Source of the DNA: Bacilli bacterium
Lineage (GTDB): Bacteria; Bacillota_I; Bacilli_A; RF39; UBA660
Direction of reading: 5' to 3'
DNA length: 64,000 nt
NCBI GenBank assembly: GCA_045125935.1
Contig: JBGVNW010000056.1
Span: forward strand, 64,715-128,714
The notes below the pieces were generated by a model that saw only the letters and a list, made by a program, of their open reading frames with translations, made no database searches and had not been told where the DNA came from. Positions 57,310-64,000 of the stretch are shown one piece after another (the stretch's first letter is position 1; the number at the start of each line of letters is the position of its first letter). Made by a program: the position numbers and the translations under genes.

Positions 57310-59034
57310 TTAAAACCAAATATCTTCAAAACTGTATTTAAATACACGGTAAGCATATTTCTTTGATGTGTAATTAAATTGTTTTATCAATTTACCATTT
57401 TCATCATATTCAGCGTAGCAATTACTCTTTCCAGATGAAGTAACATGATTATTATCGATATCTTGGACACTTGAAACAATTGATGAATATGCAACATCAA
57501 ATTCTTCAACTAATTCATACGTATTTTCATTCTCATCTACTAAATATTTATAGTATTTTGATGTTTCACCTTCTGCAAAAGTTCCAACGCCAGGATATTC
57601 TTCCCAAGGAAAATCTTCTCTTGTGTTACTTGCTCCATAGTTGTTATTATACATTTCTAAGTAATATTGTCCCTCTTCTAATGAAGAATCATCTAAATAC
57701 GTGATAGTATGTTGTCCAGCTTGATTTACGAAATCTCCTACTTTTTCTAAAACTAGTGATTCATATTCTGTTCCCTCGCATACTTTTTCATCTGCTATAA
57801 GATATTTAATGCTCGGTTCTTCATAAATATTTTCTACATATATAATTGTACTTATTTCTCTTCCTGATAAAACAATATCATTTTTTCCTTCAACCATGCT
57901 TAAACTGTTTAAATGTATCCAGTCTAATCCTGTTCCACCGTATGTATTTGTTCCTGATGAAGGCATGGTAGCAGTTTCATAAATTTCTGGCAGAAGTTCT
58001 TTCATATCAATTATTTCTTCAACTGTTCCTGTTTCTAGATCTAAACTTACAACTAAATCTTCAATTGTTTTGTCTTCTTCCTTTTTACTGTTAACTAGAA
58101 TCAATAATTTATTGTTTTCTTCATCTAATATATAATCATGATGCATTGTATACCCATTTAGAGCATATTTCTTTTCAATTCTTCCTAATCGATCAATTAT
58201 TGCAATATCATTTGTATCATAGCTATATAATAATTTGTCATCATAAAAGATGATTCTATCACTTCGATAATCACTTAAAACTAAGTCTGCTCGAAGAATA
58301 CCATTATTATCATAAATATAATTATTGGCATTGAATGCTTTATCTAGACCAAATAAAACGAATAATCCTTCACTTAGTTCTTCTTCACTTTCCCCATCGA
58401 TACTCTCAAGAATTGTGTCACTTTCACAGTTTACACTTGTCATGTCAATTGTAAATGTATTAGTTACTTTTTCACTGTCTTTATTCTTTCCAGTTATTTT
58501 AATTGTATTTATTTCTCCTGGAACTAAGCCAATTATTTGATAACTATGCTCTGTTGTATAATCAGAGTCTGTTCCATTATTTAATGTTTTTGTAAAATCA
58601 GGGATATTGTCATTGTCAACTGAAATTGTATATGTTATTTTTAGTTCTTCTTCTGTTGTAAAGTATACATTTAATCCTAAATTATTAGTTCCATATGGAT
58701 TTAATATTAATAGAGGCTCATCAAATGTATATTCATTTTCTAGTAGTTTTGTGATTTTCTCATCAATTACTTCTTGATAATTACTGTTATATGGCAAAAT
58801 ATTATCGTTTTTAATTACTTCGTAAATGTTTTCACCAAGATTGTCAGATAGTTCAACTGTAGTATTTTCTCTTACCCATTCAATCTTTTGCAAATTCTCT
58901 TTCAATATATTTTTTGATATTTCTTTGTAGATATTAGTTGCAAATACAGATAAGACAACTATTGCAATAATAACTAATATTTTCTTCTTATACTTCTGTA
59001 ATTTCTTTTTCATTTTTTCTTCCTTTCGTGTCAA
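57310..59034 (-). CDS. aryl-sulfate sulfotransferase (ASST)-like beta-propeller protein, TM-anchored
   Basis: 574 aa. An N-terminal TM and Ig-like region are followed by MHHDYILDEE, LDWIHLNSL and NQAGQHTITYL, reminiscent of ASST-family blocks. Confidence 0.5.
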   Translation of the reverse strand: MTRKEEKMKKKLQKYKKKILVIIAIVVLSVFATNIYKEISKNILKENLQKIEWVRENTTVELSDNLGENIYEVIKNDNILPYNSNYQEVIDEKITKLLENEYTFDEPLLILNPYGTNNLGLNVYFTTEEELKITYTISVDNDNIPDFTKTLNNGTDSDYTTEHSYQIIGLVPGEINTIKITGKNKDSEKVTNTFTIDMTSVNCESDTILESIDGESEEELSEGLFVLFGLDKAFNANNYIYDNNGILRADLVLSDYRSDRIIFYDDKLLYSYDTNDIAIIDRLGRIEKKYALNGYTMHHDYILDEENNKLLILVNSKKEEDKTIEDLVVSLDLETGTVEEIIDMKELLPEIYETATMPSSGTNTYGGTGLDWIHLNSLSMVEGKNDIVLSGREISTIIYVENIYEEPSIKYLIADEKVCEGTEYESLVLEKVGDFVNQAGQHTITYLDDSSLEEGQYYLEMYNNNYGASNTREDFPWEEYPGVGTFAEGETSKYYKYLVDENENTYELVEEFDVAYSSIVSSVQDIDNNHVTSSGKSNCYAEYDENGKLIKQFNYTSKKYAYRVFKYSFEDIWF

Positions 59035-59141
59035 TCTTACTAAGAGTATATGTCATTAAAATTAAAAAAACATTAAATACTTCATTTAAATATTTAATGT
59101 TTCCTATTTATATTATTAACATTTTAGTTAAGATTTTCTTA

Positions 59142-60329
59142 TTAATTTTTGCCAAACGCAGTAAATGATAGCATTAAGCCTCCACAAATATTTGCAGAAT
59201 GTTCATCATAACCATATTCTCCAAAAGTAAATGCAGTTATAAATGGTACTCCTTTTGCTTCTTTTACTAATTGTTCGTGGACCTCTTCTAATCTATCACC
59301 AATTGCAAGTTTTCTTCCACCACAATGAATTAGGATATATGCAGCAGCATCAGTATATAGTTGCTTTCTAGTTTCTTTTAATGTTTTACCTGTTGCATCA
59401 ATTAGTTCATCAACTGTCGCTTCTAGTTGGATAATAGCTGTTCCAGGTACAACTTTATTTCCTAGAGTAATTGTATCATCGGTTGTAGTCTTAGTTCCCA
59501 TATCATTTCCAAACATCGGATGACGAATCACTGTTAGATTACCCAATGGATCTTTTACTCCCAATGGTTTTGTTGTTGATGCTTCTAATAACTTACTTCC
59601 TTTTAAATTAGATGGCGATATATTAGTCCAATTTGAGTATTTACGTAAAGCAGATATTCCATCGATACTTACTAAAATTCTTGAGTCTTTTACTTCTGTA
59701 ATAAGTCCAATATTATTTGTTTCACGATAGTCGCCAGTATATGTTGTGACTATTTCATTATCTGTATAGAAGAAAGCTACTGCTACTCCATCTGATATTA
59801 CTTTGTCATTGCATATTACTTTCCAATTACCAGAAACATTATCATCAGCTGCACTTCCTCCAAACATTGGAACACGTCCAATAACATCTTGAATTCCCAT
59901 TAGATATTCTTCTTCTTCTTTTGGACTTGCAACCATATAAAAGTATGCTGGGGCCCTAGTTGTTTTTGCATTTTCAACAGCTTCAATAGCAACTTTACGA
60001 CCGATTGCTCTTGGATCTTTTCCAGCTTCATGACAGGCAACACCAACAGTCATATGCTTGTCATCTAAAGTCATCATTCCAGCAAATCCCGCTTCGGATG
60101 CTATAATTCCATCCTCTACTATTAATCCACCACTACTAGTACAACCAATAATTGGAATGTCAGTAATATTTCTAAGTCCTTTAATTAGTGCTTTTATATC
60201 ATTTTTTTCCGAAGTGTATAAAAATCCAATTTTGGCATTTGATAAATCCTTGGTTGCTTTTTTTGCAGTTTCTAGTCCTGTTGCAAAACTGTCTGGATTA
60301 ACACTATAACCAACTTTTGACCTTAACAT
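59142..60329 (-). CDS. FIST-domain protein
   Basis: 395 aa. IGCTSSGG, GGSAADD and FGEYG are typical of FIST_N/FIST_C. Confidence 0.6.
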   Translation of the reverse strand: MLRSKVGYSVNPDSFATGLETAKKATKDLSNAKIGFLYTSEKNDIKALIKGLRNITDIPIIGCTSSGGLIVEDGIIASEAGFAGMMTLDDKHMTVGVACHEAGKDPRAIGRKVAIEAVENAKTTRAPAYFYMVASPKEEEEYLMGIQDVIGRVPMFGGSAADDNVSGNWKVICNDKVISDGVAVAFFYTDNEIVTTYTGDYRETNNIGLITEVKDSRILVSIDGISALRKYSNWTNISPSNLKGSKLLEASTTKPLGVKDPLGNLTVIRHPMFGNDMGTKTTTDDTITLGNKVVPGTAIIQLEATVDELIDATGKTLKETRKQLYTDAAAYILIHCGGRKLAIGDRLEEVHEQLVKEAKGVPFITAFTFGEYGYDEHSANICGGLMLSFTAFGKN

Positions 60330-60349
60330 ACTGATCCCTTCTCTTTCTT

Positions 60350-61504
60350 TTACTTATATGCTTCTTGATAAATTTTAATTATATCTTCAACAGTTACTTC
60401 TCTTGGATTTCCTCCAGTACAAGCATCATTAATTGCTTGTTTTGCAAGTGTTGGTATCATTTCTTCTGGAATACCAATTTCTTGTAATGTTTGAGGAATA
60501 TTTAATTTCTTAGATAGTTCTTTAACGGCTTCTACAACTTTATTAACAGCTGCATCACCAGTTAGTCCTGCCATATCTAATCCAAAAGCATTTCCCATAT
60601 TTACATATAATTCTGGGCATACTGCTCCATTAAACTTTAAAACGTGTGGCAATAATAAAGCATTAGCTACACCGTGCGGAGTATCAAAGTATGCACCTAG
60701 TGAGTGAGCCATTGAATGCACTATTCCAAGTCCTACATTGGAAAATCCCATTCCTGCAATATATTGTGCATATGCAACATTATCAACAGCAGTTTTATCC
60801 TTATCATTTGCAGCTTTTTCTAAGTTCTTATATATTAATGCCATTGAATTTAGGTGGAACATATCTGGTATTAACCATCCTGCCTTTGTTATATATCCCT
60901 CCATAGCATGAGTTAATGCATCCATACCTGTTGAGGCAGCTATTGCTTGAGGCATTCCTTGCATTAAATCTGGGTCGATAATTGCTACTGCTGGAATGTC
61001 ATGAACGTCTACACAAACCATTTTCTTAACTCTGGTTTCATCTGTTATAACATAATTAATTGTTACTTCTGCAGCAGTTCCTGCAGTAGTAGGTAATGCA
61101 ATAATTGGTAGACATTTATTTTTAGTTGGAGCTACACCATCTAAACTTACAACATCAGAAAATTCTGGATTTGTAAGAATAATCCCTACTGCTTTAGCAG
61201 TATCAATTGAACTTCCTCCACCTACTGCTACAATTACATCAACAGCTTCGCTCTTAGCTAATTCAACACATTCTTTTACAATTGTTACTGTTGGATTTGG
61301 TTTAACTTTATCAAATACAACATAATTTATTGAGTCTTTATCAAGATAATCTGTAACCATCTTTAAAACTCCTGATTTTACAATACCTTCGTCAGTTACA
61401 ACTAAGGCCTTTTTAAAATTCCTACTTTTAATTTCTGTAGATACATTTTCTCTTGCACCACGTCCAAAGTAAGAAGTTTCATTTAAAACTATTCTATTTA
61501 CCAT
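60350..61504 (-). CDS. iron-containing (group III) alcohol dehydrogenase
   Basis: RBS GGGAGG precedes MVNRIVLNETSYFGRGA. It has GGGSSIDTAKA and metal-binding histidines in HSMAHSLG...HGVANA. Confidence 0.85.
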   Translation of the reverse strand: MVNRIVLNETSYFGRGARENVSTEIKSRNFKKALVVTDEGIVKSGVLKMVTDYLDKDSINYVVFDKVKPNPTVTIVKECVELAKSEAVDVIVAVGGGSSIDTAKAVGIILTNPEFSDVVSLDGVAPTKNKCLPIIALPTTAGTAAEVTINYVITDETRVKKMVCVDVHDIPAVAIIDPDLMQGMPQAIAASTGMDALTHAMEGYITKAGWLIPDMFHLNSMALIYKNLEKAANDKDKTAVDNVAYAQYIAGMGFSNVGLGIVHSMAHSLGAYFDTPHGVANALLLPHVLKFNGAVCPELYVNMGNAFGLDMAGLTGDAAVNKVVEAVKELSKKLNIPQTLQEIGIPEEMIPTLAKQAINDACTGGNPREVTVEDIIKIYQEAYK

Positions 61505-61608
61505 CACTCTAGCCTCCCTATTATCGTAATTATAGCATAGTTTAATATAAAAAAAAAGAGCAATTTTGAAGTGCACTCCTTTTTGGACACTTCGTTTTAT
61601 GCTCTTAT

Positions 61609-62613
61609 TTAATTTAGTTTGTCTTGTGATTTAGAGTTTAATGTTAAATCGGCTCTTCTTCCATCTAAGTATGCATAATATCCTGCCGCTGCAATCATTG
61701 TGGCATTATCTGTACAGTATTTCATCGGTGGAATTGATAATTCAACATTTAATTCATCAGCTAAATTTTGCATTGCCGTGCGCAATCCTTGATTTGCTGC
61801 CACTCCACCAGCTACAATTACTGTTTTGATATTTTTATCAATTATAGCTTTTCTAATTTTTGTTATAATTGACTCTATTGCTACAGACTGAAATGATGCT
61901 GCTAAATCTTCTTTGTTTAATTCTCTTCCTCGTTGCTCTTCATTATGTGCTAAATTTATAACAGCACTTTTTAATCCACTAAATGAGAAGTTATAACTAT
62001 CATCTTTTAACGGAACAGGTAATTTATATGTTTTATTACCAGTAGCAGCCATTTTGTCTAACTTAGGTCCACCTGGATATTCAAGATTTATTACTCGTGC
62101 TACTTTATCATAACATTCTCCAATGGCATCATCTAATGTTCCACCTAACTTATTAAACTTATAGTGTTCTGGCATTTCTATTATTTCAGTATGTCCACCA
62201 CTTACCACTAGAGCTAATAATGGGAAAGACAATTCTTTTACTAGGCTATTAGCATATATATGTCCTGCTATATGATGTACTGGAATTAATGGTTTATTAT
62301 GAATAAAAGATAATGTTTTAGCAGCTTCTAGACCAATTAGTAATGAACCAATTAACCCCGGACCATATGTTATAGCTATCGCATCTATATCATCCATTGT
62401 CATATTGGCCTTACTCAAACACTCTTCTAAAACAATTGTTATATTTTTTACATGATGTCTACTAGCAATTTCAGGTACAACACCGCCATAGTCTTTGTGG
62501 ATATCTATTTGAGAAGAAATTACTGTTGCTATTTCTTCTGTTCCACTTTTTACTATTGATGCACTTGTTTCATCGCAACTACTTTCTATTCCTAATATAT
62601 ATATATCTTTCAT
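61609..62613 (-). CDS. tsaD: tRNA N6-threonylcarbamoyladenosine synthesis protein TsaD
   Basis: ILGIESSCDETS, SRHH, SGGHT and GPGLIGSLLIG. Confidence 0.95.
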   Translation of the reverse strand: MKDIYILGIESSCDETSASIVKSGTEEIATVISSQIDIHKDYGGVVPEIASRHHVKNITIVLEECLSKANMTMDDIDAIAITYGPGLIGSLLIGLEAAKTLSFIHNKPLIPVHHIAGHIYANSLVKELSFPLLALVVSGGHTEIIEMPEHYKFNKLGGTLDDAIGECYDKVARVINLEYPGGPKLDKMAATGNKTYKLPVPLKDDSYNFSFSGLKSAVINLAHNEEQRGRELNKEDLAASFQSVAIESIITKIRKAIIDKNIKTVIVAGGVAANQGLRTAMQNLADELNVELSIPPMKYCTDNATMIAAAGYYAYLDGRRADLTLNSKSQDKLN

Positions 62614-63012
62614 TTACTTCACTCTTTCCATTAAAATGCCATTTTTCCCATTGTAATAATTTTCTCGAATAGCTTGTTTTGTAAATCCTAATTCTTCATA
62701 CACCCTAATTGCTGGAAAATTATCTTCTCTAACCTCTAAAGTAATATTTTTATCCACAAGTTCGATCATTTTCTTGAGTAGTTTTTTTCCTTTTCCACAA
62801 TTTCTGTGGGAAACTTCTATCTCAAATTGATTGATTTCTGCTCTTTCATAAATATCACTATAGTAAATATAGCCAATTATTGTATTTTCTTCCTTTAGAA
62901 TTAGATATTTTCCAAATGGGTTTATGCTTAATTCTTGTTCTACAGTAGATTTTGATAATAAATTATTTTCATCTATATCATCAATATTTTTTCTTGTTAT
63001 TTCAGTAATCAC
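62614..63012 (-). CDS. rimI: ribosomal-protein-alanine N-acetyltransferase (GNAT)
   Basis: 132-aa GNAT (HRNCGKGKKLL, NFPAIRVYEELGF) in the conserved tsaB-rimI-tsaD context. Confidence 0.75.
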   Translation of the reverse strand: MITEITRKNIDDIDENNLLSKSTVEQELSINPFGKYLILKEENTIIGYIYYSDIYERAEINQFEIEVSHRNCGKGKKLLKKMIELVDKNITLEVREDNFPAIRVYEELGFTKQAIRENYYNGKNGILMERVK

Positions 63013-63632
63013 GATAGTTTGCTTTCTTCTGCTTCTGTTAATTTTAAATATTCAGGATTAACAGCATGCGGATTAATTGCTTCTTTATCTTTAAATGCCA
63101 TCACTATTCTCAAAATATTAGGATTATATTCTTCTATTGTATTTTCTAATTCAAATTCATCATTTGTGATAATTGTATATTCTTTATCTGCAAGCTTTTC
63201 TAATAACTCTGTCATTTTTATATGTTTTGGTTTTATTATTGTTTCATTATCTTTACTGTATGCAGCACCAAATACATATCCTCTTCTTGCATCTAATATT
63301 GGAACACGAATCATTTCACTATCGCTTGATATGCTCATTGCCTCTAAGGCAGAAATTACTGTTATTGGAATATTTAGACTCCAAGCATATACTTTAGCAA
63401 TGGTAATACCAATTCTTATTCCTGTAAAAGATCCTGGACCATTTACTACAATTATTTTATCAATATCTTTTGGCGTAATATTACTTTCGGTAAATAATGA
63501 TGCTATTTCTGGTAAGGCCTCTTCTGATAGACTGTGTCCAAATTCTTTTTTTACTTCACATAAAATCTTTTCATCTGCTACAATTCCAGCATATAGATAA
63601 CTAGATGAGGTATCTATATATAAAATTCTCAT
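63009..63632 (-). CDS. tsaB: tRNA t6A synthesis protein TsaB
   Basis: MRILYIDTSS and NGPGSFTGIRIGITIAK. Confidence 0.9.
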   Translation of the reverse strand: MRILYIDTSSSYLYAGIVADEKILCEVKKEFGHSLSEEALPEIASLFTESNITPKDIDKIIVVNGPGSFTGIRIGITIAKVYAWSLNIPITVISALEAMSISSDSEMIRVPILDARRGYVFGAAYSKDNETIIKPKHIKMTELLEKLADKEYTIITNDEFELENTIEEYNPNILRIVMAFKDKEAINPHAVNPEYLKLTEAEESKLS

Positions 63633-64000
63633 AATACTGCCTCACATAATTCTTCATATTTTTTACCATATGGAGTAATTGTAATTGTTCTTTTGTCTTC
63701 ATCTTCGCCTGATGTTTTAAATTTAATTTCTAATCTTTTTTCTGGCAAATAATCTGGAATCATGTCTGCCCATTCAATTATTGTAATACCTTTTTTAGTG
63801 TAGTATTCTTCAATACCTAAATCACCTACTTTTCCATCTAAACGATATACATCCATATGATATAGCGGTAATTCACCTGTAGTATATTCTTTTATAATAT
63901 TGAATGTTGGGGAAGTTATTTCTTCTTCTACTTCTAATGCTTTAGCAAAACCTTTTGTAAAGATTGTTTTACCAGTTCCTAAATCTCCGATTAAACAAAT
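63629..64000 (-). CDS. tsaE: tRNA t6A synthesis ATPase TsaE (C-terminal part; N-terminus beyond window end)
   Basis: The minus frame is open to 64000. It has GDLGTGKT (P-loop), SPTFNII and LYHMDVYRL. Confidence 0.85.
   Translation of the reverse strand: MCLIGDLGTGKTIFTKGFAKALEVEEEITSPTFNIIKEYTTGELPLYHMDVYRLDGKVGDLGIEEYYTKKGITIIEWADMIPDYLPEKRLEIKFKTSGEDEDKRTITITPYGKKYEELCEAVL

Noticed and set aside
63019-63600. 193-aa plus-strand ORF. The same applies to many other track ORFs: 1064-1297, 3758-4054, 4712-4897, 5182-5490, 6171-7301 set, 7777-8052, 14585-15678 set, 19317-19697, 20801-20986, 22580-22846, 24481-24690, 29628-29819, 30427-31158 set, 33762-34034, 37726-38031, 39156-39410, 41679-41873, 42522-42821, 46055-46816 set, 48394-48881 set, 49132-49545, 50883-51113, 52330-52536, 53032-53328, 54581-55092 set, 56591-56842, 57471-58540 set, 60058-60906 set, 61641-61829 and 63173-63397.
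   Set aside because: All lie antisense to, or out of frame within, long ORFs that have clear family motifs. Their translations are Leu/Phe/Ile/Ser-rich, typical of the reverse complement of AT-rich coding sequence, and they lack ribosome-binding sites.

Overview
Very AT-rich, low-GC Firmicutes-type chromosomal segment (GC judged by eye, not computed). I found no rRNA, tRNA or CRISPR array. About 41.6 kb of the 64 kb is mobile DNA. Three different large-serine-recombinase (LSR) elements sit independently inside one three-gene NitT/TauT-type ABC importer operon (substrate-binding protein, ATPase, permease). (1) A ~25.0 kb Tn1549/CTn-like conjugative element (6021-31049) splits the binding-protein gene. 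(2) A ~12.8 kb mobilizable element (32229-45047) splits the ATPase gene just after the LSGGQ signature; it carries a MobV relaxase, a repressor switch and a GtrA/GT2/GT-C surface-glycosylation cargo. (3) A ~3.8 kb mini-element (45212-48975) splits the same ATPase gene in its H-loop; it carries only an LSR, a 32-aa ORF and a two-gene cargo of a WXG100-like protein plus a 497-aa secreted/membrane protein. Removing each element in silico restores in-frame ORFs of 993 nt and 750 nt. Directly downstream of the permease is a six-gene cluster of WXG100-type small helical proteins plus two helical-N-terminus peptidoglycan-hydrolase fusions (NlpC/P60 and SleB/CwlJ-like). No type VII secretion machinery gene is present in the window. 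Flanking chromosomal genes are a GH-like/CotH/DUF4956/VTC cluster, a frameshifted upp, arcC, a putative aryl-sulfotransferase, a FIST protein, an Fe-alcohol dehydrogenase and tsaD-rimI-tsaB-tsaE. All functional calls rest on reading the translations for motifs and on gene order; no database search was run.
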